This document shows positions 30,301 to 38,356 of a stretch of 64,000 nt of DNA, piece by piece (the stretch's first letter is position 1; every line of letters starts with the position of its first letter). The notes beneath the pieces are model-generated. The model was not told the DNA's origin and searched no databases. It saw only the letters and a list, made by a program, of their open reading frames with translations. This DNA is from an uncultured Candidatus Saccharibacteria bacterium (GTDB lineage Bacteria; Patescibacteriota; Saccharimonadia; Saccharimonadales; CAZDQS01), in assembly GCA_964507855.1 (NCBI GenBank), contig CAZDQS010000005.1, positions 6,599-70,598 of the forward strand, written 5' to 3'. A program made the position numbers and the translations under genes.

Positions 30301-30677
30301 TGCGTGCCTTTGCTTCAGGCAACCTTGCAGATGCCGCCGGACGGGAAATCGGCATGTTTGATGGCGGCACCTACGAGAACCCCGACGGTTGGCAAGGTGG
30401 TGACACGGGCTTTGGCTACACGTCCAATGACACAACCATCCAAGGCATCAATAAGTTCAGCCCAGCAACCTGCGCCGGCGGCAACAGCCCACCGTGTTAT
30501 TCACCGTTTACCATATCTTCGCCGGGAGATATCGTTGCCGATCACACCTCGCTCGTCACCGGCACGTCAATTGTTAACGAAGAATTTGTTATCACCTATC
30601 GCGTCACTACCAGCGCTCTGCAGGCATCCGGCGTCTATTCAAACGCAATTATTTATACTATTCAGGCACTTTACTAA
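24378..30677 (+). CDS. Giant secreted surface protein: N-terminal signal-anchor, jelly-roll domains, three DUF2341+LamG (ConA-like lectin) modules, beta-sandwich/FN3-like modules and a C-terminal WxL-like domain shared with neighbouring genes
   Basis: 2,099 aa. The N-terminus LLCGLIVCILVFSFFSLFQPRRAKA is a signal/TM segment, and an alternative start lies at 24408. There are three copies of W(S/A).R(R/K)(K/L)IT(L/I)D......L.DFP....L......D....GEDIRF.D.DGT.LSHEIE.W........VWVK.P......D.I.MYYGN (the DUF2341 pattern). Each is followed by a LamG-like block ending G.IDE.R......RSADWI..EY. The last ~170 aa are homologous to ORFs 31788-32885, 40380-41432, 41487-42809 and 42887-43660. Confidence 0.9.
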   Translation: MLVFPLKKNVMKLLELGRLLSRRLQPHLRTLLKLWVRHNSLRTRLLCGLIVCILVFSFFSLFQPRRAKAEITFGAIGSITATSDNSFSVAYPSGISAGDMLVLLVANKQPQNSSHSTPSGWTAPANYHAVTSDIAGAADQGNVEMLVFLKEADGTESGSATVSIGGNNVSYAAIARYSKSPGTIWSYSLSQGIDITEGTSWSVSGNVDPGIEPGDIIVAASAINTDGRTFSSQAVTSPGVTFTDNNERHDGGSSVGQDIGMVVSDHVASIGASSGNPTYTMTANGSGTNNPLGGTVLIRLRAQFPAPLLNQAAFRWYANADNVQPGTALTGENATALSKTSAPVRLRMGVDTSINDLLAASQQYKLQYTTDVNGSWTDVASGIWYDPEWSSRRKITLDNSASSENLIDFPIRVSLTSNEIDYDKTKNNGEDIRFVDGDGTLLSHEIEVWDENGASEVWVKVPQIDAGSTTDFIWMYYGNAEASDGQNANDVWSNGYAGVYHMNQDPSGSAPQILDSTTNGRHGTSAGSMTSGDLVAGQIGFGIDFDGSNDAIQISGLMDSPSQLTMSAWISADGLGSSDYSDIVSLGDHAFIRMEDSGILSEYYYGSDWHDLWAEKDTLNLGFIHIAAAFSPSTSRQQLVVNGGLEDTTAHNNAINWSGLGSNTFIGRQGNGSSSYYTNGVIDEVRFASIARSADWMTAEYKSMANTMNTIGGEEVPAEWKYYDNPSVNDGATISTALLSGDPVPQSYNESHPTVTNPNQVTAGDRTEWDFALDPADAAADTTYYFRIVKENGAPLDAYSRYASIYISNATFDQSAYRWFENDNTESGVEDWYNASWAKRKLITIDSAKVPSAQTDFPVLIHLASDGDLAASAQNDADDILFTTADGQTKLSHEIETYNAGTGELVAWVKVPMLSSDTDTVLHMYYGNALAANQENASDVWSNGYAAVWHMAEDPSSSVDGACGGGTVEVCDSKNSNHLDSIGMDADDLIAGKINGATRFNSNTEYLSAPSDPSLEGFSELTLSAWINPTADPGSDDGRIIHKSQGLTSDDYHIAYDGAGAGKYGINFRISTDNKTTTAASNLTIAPNSGWHYVQGVWDGSNMTIYINGSNDSGNANTGTLTNSSEGLGIGRHVNSDTRNFNGHIDEPRVSSVVRSADWITTEYNNQGSPETFYAISDEEEQNLDWYNPDWSARRKITLDNAASGEHLLDFPIRVSLTSDEIDYAKTKANGEDIRFVDGDGTLLSHEIETWNEGGTSEVWVKIPQIDAGSTTDYIWMYYGNPSASDGQNASDVWSNGYVGVWHLNEDLTGACTGTKEVCDSSSSANHADADAGMTPDDSVSGKIGTAMDFDGGSTDIIEAGANNIPSSTAQKTISAWFKYSSLPSTAQQVVSIFDGSGSGTFNGSHTLTGCSGASWGTWRFGGPWLACGAQPSTGTWHHHTYTFNGTNNTLYVDGSFIQTTTQAPNAAATPTRVGIGFYRNTSNLPREVFEGQIDEVRIETIARSADWIEAQYNTMNNTMNTFGNEEYYGLAQVGTPLADQDTATTAPAQGTPFRLRMTMHVGNGQLSAGTGSFKLQYAERADSCDTSFIGESYSDVATDTGTIRYYDNSNLTDNMPLLSHADDPVHAEHTTINQAYEEANNLTNIATISSGEDGMWDFALVDHAASAGTTYCFRIVKSDATLLDSYTVIAEITTASDSSNTAPNDPLILSQKKTDDTNLTVGQWVSDTSIKFTATADDADETDTLYLCVEADHISTAFSNTEDECGEGVAFSGTEVSVSVTLNDLDDAQEYHWQVRIKDASGAYSAWVSYGNNQESDRDFGLDTTAPTGGNVYDGANAGIDIEFNDGSLSSLSANWANFNADASGLQKYQYAIGTTVGGTDIKDWTDHGTNTSITVSDLTLHTSQIYYVSVRVHDNAGNYSTVTSDGQVVEPSLDFSISSSNATFTNLNAGNSYTATTSTTLTTSTNAYNGYTVRAFASGNLADAAGREIGMFDGGTYENPDGWQGGDTGFGYTSNDTTIQGINKFSPATCAGGNSPPCYSPFTISSPGDIVADHTSLVTGTSIVNEEFVITYRVTTSALQASGVYSNAIIYTIQALY
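25531..25880 (+). repeat. Internal direct repeat copy A (DUF2341 module 1), paired with 27937-28286
   Basis: By hand alignment of about 116 residues, the encoded peptides are roughly 80% identical. The DNA is visibly similar over long runs, for example ggtgaagacattcgcttcgttgatggtgacggtacgctcctgtcgcatgagat versus ggtgaagatatccgctttgttgatggcgatgggaccctgctgtcccatgagat. Confidence 0.85.
27937..28286 (+). repeat. Internal direct repeat copy B (DUF2341 module 3), paired with 25531-25880
   Basis: See copy A. Module 2 (about 26868-27230) is much more diverged. Confidence 0.85.
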
Positions 30678-30723
30678 TATTGCTTCTGGTTTGCCTTGCA
30701 ATACGCTACGCTTAAATACATAT

Positions 30724-31650
30724 ATGCGACGACTCATTATCGCAACATTGCTGGTTTGCCTCCTTATGCCCAGGGGTGTGAGTGCGCAAACCGGCTCCAA
30801 CCACCAAAGCACAGGCTTAAGTGTCGGCCCGGCCTTATTTGAGGTCGTTCTTAAACCTGGCGAGACGGCAAGCAAAGCTATACGGGTCAAGAACACCACC
30901 GACCGCCCCCTGCCGATTACCGCCTCGAAGCAACGCCTTACCCCAAATGAGCCGGAGATCGACCCTACACTGGTAGCAAACTTTGATGCATCAAGCTGGA
31001 TTAGCCTGTCTGACACAGATTTTATATTCCAGCCACAGGAGACGCGGACAATCATCGCTACCATTACGGTGCCCGACTCAGCCGAACCGGGTGGACACTA
31101 CGGCACGATATTTTTTGAGGTGCCCGTCCCGCCGCAAGGGACTGCCCAGACCGGCTCACAGACCGCTCCCCGGGTCGGGGCAACGGCTTTCATTACGGTT
31201 CCTGGTGAACTCCACGAGGATATTTCCGTAAAGTCGCCGCCTAAAGTCCCTCTCGCCACCAGCTCATTCCCCTCCAAAGCGACTGTCGCCATCGCCAATC
31301 GAGGCAATATCCATAATTTTGTGACACCCAAAGTCACGGTGCGCAATTGGCGTGGCAAAGTAATCGCCGAAAAATCTTATCCTCCCGTGATTACGCTGCC
31401 CAATACCGAACGGACTCTTTCGCTTGCCGAGCTGCCGCCACATGGCCTCGGTATCTACCGCATAACGCTTGATCTTCACTACGGATCGGGGGGAGAACGA
31501 CTCGTGGCAGCATCAGGATTGTTTGTCGTTGCGCCCATCGCGCCCATTATGCTCGCCGCAATAACACTGGCGGGGTTTGTCTTTATCCGTCGGACCCGTA
31601 CCCGCTGGCCCAAAGTTCTTGCTGCCCTCCGTGGCAAAACGGAACACTAG
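30724..31650 (+). CDS. DUF916/DUF3324-like cell-surface protein with signal peptide and C-terminal TM anchor
   Basis: The start is taken at ATG 30724 (MRRLIIATLLVCLLMPRGVSAQ); the track ORF from 30115 is an out-of-frame upstream extension into the giant gene. Contains LSVGPALFEVVLKPGETASKAIRVKNTTDRPLPI and TVPDSAEPGGHYGTIFFE. The C-terminus has the TM helix IAPIMLAAITLAGFVFI followed by RRTRTR. Confidence 0.8.
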   Translation: MRRLIIATLLVCLLMPRGVSAQTGSNHQSTGLSVGPALFEVVLKPGETASKAIRVKNTTDRPLPITASKQRLTPNEPEIDPTLVANFDASSWISLSDTDFIFQPQETRTIIATITVPDSAEPGGHYGTIFFEVPVPPQGTAQTGSQTAPRVGATAFITVPGELHEDISVKSPPKVPLATSSFPSKATVAIANRGNIHNFVTPKVTVRNWRGKVIAEKSYPPVITLPNTERTLSLAELPPHGLGIYRITLDLHYGSGGERLVAASGLFVVAPIAPIMLAAITLAGFVFIRRTRTRWPKVLAALRGKTEH

Positions 31651-31787
31651 CGTAAAGTTTTCCACAGCCTGTACGAGGTTGGTAGTATGCCACCTCGTCT
31701 AATGCCAGAAAAAGCTTGTGGCATACCGTCAATTGGGCTATAAATAGAGGGAGTATTAATTTGCGATTCTCCAGGGGTAACAACACT

Positions 31788-32885
31788 ATGACCTCAGAAC
31801 AAGTTCGGTCAACACATCCGTTTGTACGTGTTGCTATAGCACTCGTACTCAGCTTCAGCATTGCACTCGTGGCAGTACTACAAGCAAGTGCCGCTACGCT
31901 AACGTCAGCCTCCCTCAGCCTGTCCGACCCGCGGCCATCGGCTTCAAACGTCACGTACGACTTTCAGGCAAGCAATGTCACAACATCAGCAATCAAGTGT
32001 ATTGTGTTGGTCTTTGCGACGACGGCAGATGGAACGACTGTGCCCAGTGATATGGACACAACCAGTGCTGCAGTGAGCGCATCGTCCGATTATGTCGCCA
32101 GCTTGAACGCCTGGACTGTCGATGCAGCATCAAACGGTACGATCGAAATTACCGACAATACCGGCGCGACTCCAGCATCAGCTACAGACCGGAATATCAT
32201 CTTAACCGGCATCACAAACGGCTCCGCCGCTAACACTGGCTACTTCTTGAGGGTCAACACCTACAACAACACTGACTGCGCTACATCTCCTGTCGATAGC
32301 GCAGTCGTCCAGTTTATATTTACCAACGGCCAATCAGTTTCATTAGCGGTGGATGGATCGCTATCCTTCACAGTTTCCGGTGTTACTGGTGACGGTAACG
32401 AAGCGGTTAACGGCGAGACTGTCACAAACGGCCTATCGACAACTGCAACGACTATCCCATTTGGCACCGTTACAACTGCCTCTAATAAAGTTGCCGCCCA
32501 GGATCTTTCCGTCAGCACCAATGCCGGTAACGGTTACACCGTGTACATCCGCTACACTGGCCAACCAACAGCTGGTTCAGCCACCATTGACGACCTCGCC
32601 ACCCACAGTAACGCCACACCAGGCGCATTCTCAGCCGCAGGTACCGAAGCCTTTGGGTACACCACAGAAGATGGCTCTCTTGGCACCGGCACCGCTGACC
32701 GATTCACATCCGGCGGCGGCAACAAATGGGCAGCCTTCACAACCACTAATACAGAGATAATCTATAATAACGCGGCCGTCTCAAGCGAAACGACGCGCGT
32801 CGGATTCCAGACTGGCATAGCCTCAACCACCGAGCCGGGTGCCTACACTACGACGGTGGTCTACACTGCAACTCCTGTATATTAA
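31788..32885 (+). CDS. Secreted two-domain surface/fibre-subunit-like protein with a WxL-like C-terminal domain
   Basis: The start is taken at ATG 31788 (MTSEQVRSTHPFVRVAIALVLSFSIALVAVLQASAATLTSASLSLS), with AGGGG 9-13 nt upstream. The C-terminal half (SLSFTVSG...STNAGNGYTVYIRY...EAFGYTTEDG...GAYTTTVVYTATPVY) is homologous to the giant protein's C-terminus. Confidence 0.8.
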   Translation: MTSEQVRSTHPFVRVAIALVLSFSIALVAVLQASAATLTSASLSLSDPRPSASNVTYDFQASNVTTSAIKCIVLVFATTADGTTVPSDMDTTSAAVSASSDYVASLNAWTVDAASNGTIEITDNTGATPASATDRNIILTGITNGSAANTGYFLRVNTYNNTDCATSPVDSAVVQFIFTNGQSVSLAVDGSLSFTVSGVTGDGNEAVNGETVTNGLSTTATTIPFGTVTTASNKVAAQDLSVSTNAGNGYTVYIRYTGQPTAGSATIDDLATHSNATPGAFSAAGTEAFGYTTEDGSLGTGTADRFTSGGGNKWAAFTTTNTEIIYNNAAVSSETTRVGFQTGIASTTEPGAYTTTVVYTATPVY

Positions 32886-32965
32886 TAACCTGCCCTCCCT
32901 ACTTCTACTTGGGATTAGGGGCTTGTGTCTGTTATTATTCTTGGAGAGAAACGGATAGCAACATC

Positions 32966-33889
32966 ATGAAGAAACTGTTGACTGTGGTCGGGGGAGCGTG
33001 CTGCCTGCTGCTGGTATTGTTCGTGGCCAAAACCTCGCTTGCCCAGCCTTCAACTGCCTTATCCATATCACCCCCGCTCTTCGAACTATCTGCCAACCCT
33101 GGTGACACTATCACGAACAGTATTCGGGTCGACAACCTCACAGACACCGAGCTTCACATCAGTGTTGATAAAAAGAACTTCAGCGCGCTCGGCGAAGAAG
33201 GACAGGTAGATTTAACTGAAGAAAGCGGCGCCTTTTCACTCGCCTCATGGATTACGACAGAGCCAGCTTCAGCAACAATTCCCGGTCGTGGCTCCCAGAC
33301 ATTCACCTACACCATCAAGGTACCGGCAAATGCGGAACCAGGCGGCCACTTTGGCTCAATAATCTTCAAGACCGACGCCATACCCGTAGAAGGCGGAAGC
33401 GGTGCGGCAGTCGCCCAAGAGCTCGGTGCTCTACTACTCGTCAAGGTAGCAGGTGATATTAGAGAAGATGCCGCCATTGAAAGCTTCACGACCAATGGCA
33501 TCTGGGAAAAGGGACCCGTAGAATTCAGCGCTCGGCTCAAAAACCGCGGCAACGTTCACTTCAAACCACGCAGTACCGTCACTATTACCAACATGGCGGG
33601 CGACCAAGCCGGAACGGTACAGCTTTCGGAGAACAATATATTGCCTAACTCCATCCGTAACTTTACCACCTCCTGGAACCCTGGTAGATTCTCATTTGGA
33701 CGCTATACCGCCAACCTCACCGTTGTATACGGCAGCGAAAACACTATCCTTACCACCAGCACGACATTTTGGATCATTCCCTATAAGCTCATCCTGCTCG
33801 TCATCCTCATAGCCGCCGGTCTCGGCTATCTCATCTGGCATTACCGTGAACGGCTGAAAGCAGCATACAAGGCCCTCCGAGGCAATTAG
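32966..33889 (+). CDS. DUF916/DUF3324-like cell-surface protein with signal peptide and C-terminal TM anchor
   Basis: The start is taken at ATG 32966 (MKKLLTVVGGACCLLLVLFVAKTSLAQ). Contains LSISPPLFELSANPGDTITNSIRVDNLTDTELHISV, KVPANAEPGGHFGSIIFK and ILPNSIRNFTTSW...FGRYTANLTVVYG. The C-terminus has the TM helix LILLVILIAAGLGYLIW followed by HYRER. Confidence 0.8.
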   Translation: MKKLLTVVGGACCLLLVLFVAKTSLAQPSTALSISPPLFELSANPGDTITNSIRVDNLTDTELHISVDKKNFSALGEEGQVDLTEESGAFSLASWITTEPASATIPGRGSQTFTYTIKVPANAEPGGHFGSIIFKTDAIPVEGGSGAAVAQELGALLLVKVAGDIREDAAIESFTTNGIWEKGPVEFSARLKNRGNVHFKPRSTVTITNMAGDQAGTVQLSENNILPNSIRNFTTSWNPGRFSFGRYTANLTVVYGSENTILTTSTTFWIIPYKLILLVILIAAGLGYLIWHYRERLKAAYKALRGN

Positions 33890-33894
33890 CAAGG

Positions 33895-35268
33895 GTGCGC
33901 GTGCGACACGTCGTTAAGCTTTACCAACTCCTCTGTAGCGCTATATTCGCTACTTGCTTGGTTGTTGCTACAAACAGCACGGCGAGTAGCCAGTCAAACG
34001 TCAACGTCGGCATTAATGTTGGCGGCACACTACTCACAGTAACCGGACAAACCATTCCGAATGCTCTCGTAACAGTACTCGATGACACGACCGTCATCGG
34101 TACTATCATGGCTGACTCTGACGGCACCTTTTACCAAACATATCCCGCCCAAACACCCGGACTGCACACCATCAAAGTATTCGCGACCCATGGCACTACC
34201 CCGACAGATACGGTTATTCGCAACCTCAACTTTACAGCCCAAGAAGAAACAAAGTTCGACGTCCTAATACCGCCGCTTTTCAACCTGTCCCAAAATGGCG
34301 AAAGCCCAAACGAAACCATTACATTCAGCGGATGGTCCGCCCCGAATACCGAAGTTCATATATATTTAAATGCCGCCCTGCTGCTACAAGCCACAACGGA
34401 CGCCGACGGCAAATGGGACATCAGCATAAACACGCTCGACATCCCATCCGGCACCCACAGCGCCTATGCAATCGCAAGCAATGGCCTGGGCATGCAGAGC
34501 ATACCGACATCCGCCCGCTCATTTACGATCAGCCATCCGGAACAGCCAAGCCCCCCCTCACCCGAACAACCGCCAATTACGCGACTGCCCTCATCGCCCG
34601 CTTACATACCGCCACCAACAATCAGCTTCCCTACGCCCGGGATGCACACCACCAATAAACACCTCACCATCCGCGGCCAGGCTCGAGCATACGCACAAAT
34701 TGAGCTCTGGGACAATGATGAGCGGGCAGGTTCGGTTTTCGCGAACGGACTGGGTCAATGGGAGCTTCCATACACCCTCAGCCAGCCGGAGCATAGACTG
34801 AAAGTACGAGTATGTACCTCGAGCGGCTGTAGCCGCTTCTCCGCCACTATCACGGTATATTACACCGCACCCCAGTTGCACACTGGATTGGATTTTTCAT
34901 TGAGCACGTACCTTTTTGCGGGCATCAACCCAGGGCAGCATATCAATCTGGATCTTACCATTACTTCCGGCAAATCCCCGTATGGGATAACCGTCGATTG
35001 GGGTGATGGCGAGATCGAAACCTTCCAGTCAGTTGACAATAATTACCGGCTCACGCACGCGTATGAATCAGCCGGGAATTACAATGCCAGCGTAACAGTC
35101 ACCGATGAAAACGGTGAATCAAAGATGCGTCTCTTTAGCGTTTCGGTCACCGCCGGCACAGAGTCGACCAACGTGAGAAACCTACTTCTCTGCCTTTTGG
35201 CACTACTAGTCTTGCTCGTAATAATCGCCTGGCGCCGACGCAAAAACAAAGACAACAAAGAAGAATAA
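33895..35268 (+). CDS. Ig-like/PKD-domain surface protein with signal peptide and C-terminal TM anchor
   Basis: 457 aa with a GTG start. Contains the Ig-like segments TVTGQTIPNALVTVLDD..VIGT..ADSDGTF, a Pro-rich linker and a PKD-like motif TVDWGDGEIETF......YRLTHAYESAGNYNASVTVTDENGES. The C-terminus has the TM helix LLLCLLALLVLLVIIAW followed by RRRKNK. Confidence 0.8.
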   Translation: MRVRHVVKLYQLLCSAIFATCLVVATNSTASSQSNVNVGINVGGTLLTVTGQTIPNALVTVLDDTTVIGTIMADSDGTFYQTYPAQTPGLHTIKVFATHGTTPTDTVIRNLNFTAQEETKFDVLIPPLFNLSQNGESPNETITFSGWSAPNTEVHIYLNAALLLQATTDADGKWDISINTLDIPSGTHSAYAIASNGLGMQSIPTSARSFTISHPEQPSPPSPEQPPITRLPSSPAYIPPPTISFPTPGMHTTNKHLTIRGQARAYAQIELWDNDERAGSVFANGLGQWELPYTLSQPEHRLKVRVCTSSGCSRFSATITVYYTAPQLHTGLDFSLSTYLFAGINPGQHINLDLTITSGKSPYGITVDWGDGEIETFQSVDNNYRLTHAYESAGNYNASVTVTDENGESKMRLFSVSVTAGTESTNVRNLLLCLLALLVLLVIIAWRRRKNKDNKEE

Positions 35269-35298
35269 ACAACCAGCCTCGAGCTACGCTTCCCAGAC

Positions 35299-37197
35299 CT
35301 ACTGAAGTACCGCTTTTATGCGACGGATGCCAGCCGAGCTGGCTTCTTCTTTGATGATTTTGAATTTCTTGCCGTCTTCAGCCAACTGCTTGGTGTGGTC
35401 AACATGCGGGCCACCACAAATCTCAAAGCTGAACGGCCGCTCGTCTTTCGGAGATTTCGGATCCTTCATGGAATAGACTTTTACCGTTTCACCATAGCGG
35501 TCGCCGAATTGGCCGAGTGCACCGAGCGGTCCGGTTGCTTCTTCTGTTGGGTACTCCTTCCAGCTAACCTGCAGGTCCTTCTTGATCTGCTCGTTTACGA
35601 TATTCTCAACTTGTTTAATCTGCTCTGGTGTCATCTTCTCAGGATGCGAGAAGTCAAACCGCAGACGCTCCTCGGTAATGTTGGAGCCGCGCTGGATAAC
35701 ATGATCGCCCAGCACATCGCGCAACGCCTGGTACATGAGGTGGGTGGCTGTGTGGTACTTCTTGTGCTGCATAGTCTGTCCGCCAAGACCGCCCTTAAAC
35801 GTCCCTTTGGCCGCCGTCTGGCTGCGCTGGCGCTGCTCGTCCATCTTGGCGTCAAATTCCTGGCGCCAATCTTTGCTGACTTCCACGCCATGCACAGCAG
35901 CCTCCTCCACGCTCAGCTCAACCGGGAAGCCATAGGTATCATAGAGCGTAAAGATCTGCCCGCCATCAAGCTTGCCGTCAGCACTCATCCTCTCAAGCTC
36001 CTTCACGCCCTTGCGGAGCGTCTGCCGAAAGACCTTTTCTTCGCGCGCTAGCACTTCGATAACCTTATCGCGATTCTTGGCAACTTCTGGATAATCCTCC
36101 TGGTACATATCGGCAATGACCGGCACCACGCGCTCCAGGAAATTCTGCTCAATGCCAAGGTCGAACGCGAACCGGATAGCCCGTCGCACCAACCGGCGCA
36201 TCACATAACCCTGCTCTTTGTTGCTGGGCGTCACGCCGTCAACCGCCAGAAAAGTAGCGGCTCGCAGATGGTCGGCAATAACCCGCATGCTTTCGGTATT
36301 GCTCTCATAGTTTCTGCCGGAAAGCGCCTCAAGTTCATCAATAATTGGCTTGAGCAAGCTGATCTTAAAAACATCGGGGCTGTTCAGTGCTGCCGCAGCG
36401 ATGCGCTCCAGGCCACCGCCGAAGTCTACGTTCTGCTTTGGCAACTTCTCAAAGCCCTTCTCGGTACGCACATATTCCATAAAGACCGAGTTGCCGATTT
36501 CCATGAAACGCCCGCAGTCGCAGTTCGGGTGGCAATACTCGCCCCATTTGGTGTCGTGCTCAATGAAATCAAACTCGTAAAACACTTCGCTGTCTGGTCC
36601 GCCTGGCTCGCCGACCGGCATATCGCCAATCTTGCCGGCGCGGCACCACCAGTTTTTGCCCGCGTCGTAGTAAAAGATGCGTCCGCCGCGCATGCCAATT
36701 TTATAGCCGTTTTCCTCGGAACCAACCTCAACCTCTTTGGCGTCGACACCCTTCTGCTTGAAGAGATCTTTCCATATTTTGGCTGACTCTTCGTCCTTCG
36801 GAATGCCGTTTTTTTCATCGCCGAGGAATACCGTGACGTAGAGCTTGTTTGGGTCGAGACCCACGATGTCAGTCAGAAACTCAAAAAACCACGGCAACTG
36901 TTCTTTCTTGAAGTAATCACCCAACGACCAGTTACCAAGCATCTCAAAGAACGTCGTGTGGCGGTTATCACCGACTTCCTCGATATCTTGCGCGCGCAAG
37001 CACGTCTGGCTGTTCACGAGCCGCGTGCCGCTCGGATGCTCTTCGCCGAGCAAATACGGAATAAGCGGCTGCATACCGGAGCCGGTAAAGAGCGTCGTCG
37101 GGTCATTGAGCGGCACTAAAAGTGCCCGCGGAATGACCTCGTGGTCGTTTTTTTTGAAAAAATCCAAATAGACGTTTCTGATTTCCTGTGCATTCAT
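35299..37197 (-). CDS. alaS: Alanine--tRNA ligase, short form (catalytic, tRNA-binding and editing regions; no C-terminal C-Ala/DHHA1-type extension)
   Basis: 632 aa. The N-terminus is IRNVYLDFFKKNDHEVIPRALLVPLNDPTTLFTGSGMQP...RHTTFFEMLGNWSLGDYFK. The editing-domain zinc motifs HTATHLMYQAL and CGGPHV are present. The protein ends shortly after the editing core. Confidence 0.9.
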   Translation of the reverse strand: MNAQEIRNVYLDFFKKNDHEVIPRALLVPLNDPTTLFTGSGMQPLIPYLLGEEHPSGTRLVNSQTCLRAQDIEEVGDNRHTTFFEMLGNWSLGDYFKKEQLPWFFEFLTDIVGLDPNKLYVTVFLGDEKNGIPKDEESAKIWKDLFKQKGVDAKEVEVGSEENGYKIGMRGGRIFYYDAGKNWWCRAGKIGDMPVGEPGGPDSEVFYEFDFIEHDTKWGEYCHPNCDCGRFMEIGNSVFMEYVRTEKGFEKLPKQNVDFGGGLERIAAAALNSPDVFKISLLKPIIDELEALSGRNYESNTESMRVIADHLRAATFLAVDGVTPSNKEQGYVMRRLVRRAIRFAFDLGIEQNFLERVVPVIADMYQEDYPEVAKNRDKVIEVLAREEKVFRQTLRKGVKELERMSADGKLDGGQIFTLYDTYGFPVELSVEEAAVHGVEVSKDWRQEFDAKMDEQRQRSQTAAKGTFKGGLGGQTMQHKKYHTATHLMYQALRDVLGDHVIQRGSNITEERLRFDFSHPEKMTPEQIKQVENIVNEQIKKDLQVSWKEYPTEEATGPLGALGQFGDRYGETVKVYSMKDPKSPKDERPFSFEICGGPHVDHTKQLAEDGKKFKIIKEEASSAGIRRIKAVLQ

Positions 37198-37253
37198 ACC
37201 GTCATTGTAACAGAGGTAACTTTGTGCTCAAAACCAAAAATGGCGTATATGGC

Positions 37254-38315
37254 CTAGATGACGATACCGCCGCCGACCACCCGTTCGCCATCGTAGATAA
37301 CCGCAGATTGCCCCGGTGTCACTGCCCGGACTTCTTCAGACAACGCTATATGTAGCGTAGGTACGCTATATGTAGCGTCTTTGGCTGGCTTCTCAAGAGT
37401 ACATGCAACAAGCGGTGCTCGGTAGCGGGTCCGCACCTGGTATGAACGATTCATCTCCGGCTCGCCGTTAATCCAGTGCATGTCGGTTAATGCCAGCTGC
37501 CTATGCCACAACTTCGGATCACCGAGGTCGGTTGTGACATACACCTCGTTTTTCGCCATATCCTTGCCAACCACATAGTACGGCAAGCCGCCGCCTACAT
37601 TCAGCCCGTGCCGCTGGCCAATGGTATAGAAAATTGCACCCTCATGCTCACCGATAGTCTGGCCATTTTGGTCGACGATTGCGCCCTGCTCGGTTGTTAC
37701 GTACTGCTGCAAAAACTCTTTGATGCCCACTTTGCCGACGAAACAAATGCCCTGGGAGTCTTTCTTTTCAGCCGTCGCCAGGCCCAACTTCTTTGCCAGT
37801 TCACGCACCTTTGGCTTCTCATACTCGCCAATCGGCATGAGTGAACGCCTAAGCGCATCTTCGGTCACGCGGTACAGGAAATAACTCTGGTCCTTGTTTC
37901 CGTCAACACCCGCTAGCAACTGGCCGTCGTTTATGCGAGCATAATGACCGGTTGCAATCATATCCGCACCGTCATCCAGCGCCGCATTGAGGAAGAGCTT
38001 GAACTTCACTTCTTGGTTGCACATGATGTCCGGATTTGGCGTCCGGCCGGCTTTGTACTCGTCAATCATATAATCAACGACTTTTTGCTTGTACTCGGCT
38101 TCGAAGTCGTACATTTTAAAATCAATCCCGAGCTGTACCGCCACGCGCTTAGCGTCCTGGAAATCCTCTTTCCACGGGCAAGTAAAACCTGGCAGATCCT
38201 GGCTCCAGTTCTTCATATACACGCCAATGATCGTATAGCCCTGCTCTTTCAGCAGTGCCGCTGTCACCGACGAATCAACGCCGCCACTCAAACCAACAAA
38301 TACAGTCTTTCCCAT
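37254..38315 (-). CDS. mnmA: tRNA 2-thiouridine(34) synthase MnmA
   Basis: 353 aa. Has the PP-loop VGLSGGVDSSVTAALL, and the motifs CNQEVKF and DSQGICFVG. Confidence 0.95.
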   Translation of the reverse strand: MGKTVFVGLSGGVDSSVTAALLKEQGYTIIGVYMKNWSQDLPGFTCPWKEDFQDAKRVAVQLGIDFKMYDFEAEYKQKVVDYMIDEYKAGRTPNPDIMCNQEVKFKLFLNAALDDGADMIATGHYARINDGQLLAGVDGNKDQSYFLYRVTEDALRRSLMPIGEYEKPKVRELAKKLGLATAEKKDSQGICFVGKVGIKEFLQQYVTTEQGAIVDQNGQTIGEHEGAIFYTIGQRHGLNVGGGLPYYVVGKDMAKNEVYVTTDLGDPKLWHRQLALTDMHWINGEPEMNRSYQVRTRYRAPLVACTLEKPAKDATYSVPTLHIALSEEVRAVTPGQSAVIYDGERVVGGGIVI

Positions 38316-38356
38316 ATCTGGCCTACCCTACCATGTTTATGCTAAAAAAGCTACCC

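Noticed and set aside
30615-30674. Reading the C-terminal aromatic-ended strand as an outer-membrane beta-barrel (BamA) signal
   Set aside because: The other envelope genes in the window (LysM-CHAP hydrolase, tail-anchored surface proteins, and no Bam, Lpt, Lol or OMP genes) suggest a monoderm envelope, and the hydrophobic alternation is imperfect. It is kept only as an alternative inside the relevant finding.
30115-30723. The upstream part of the 511-aa plus-strand ORF, which overlaps the 3' end of the giant gene in another frame
   Set aside because: The peptide here is Pro/Arg/Thr-rich nonsense. The signal peptide and the DUF916-like homology start at ATG 30724, just after the giant gene's stop.
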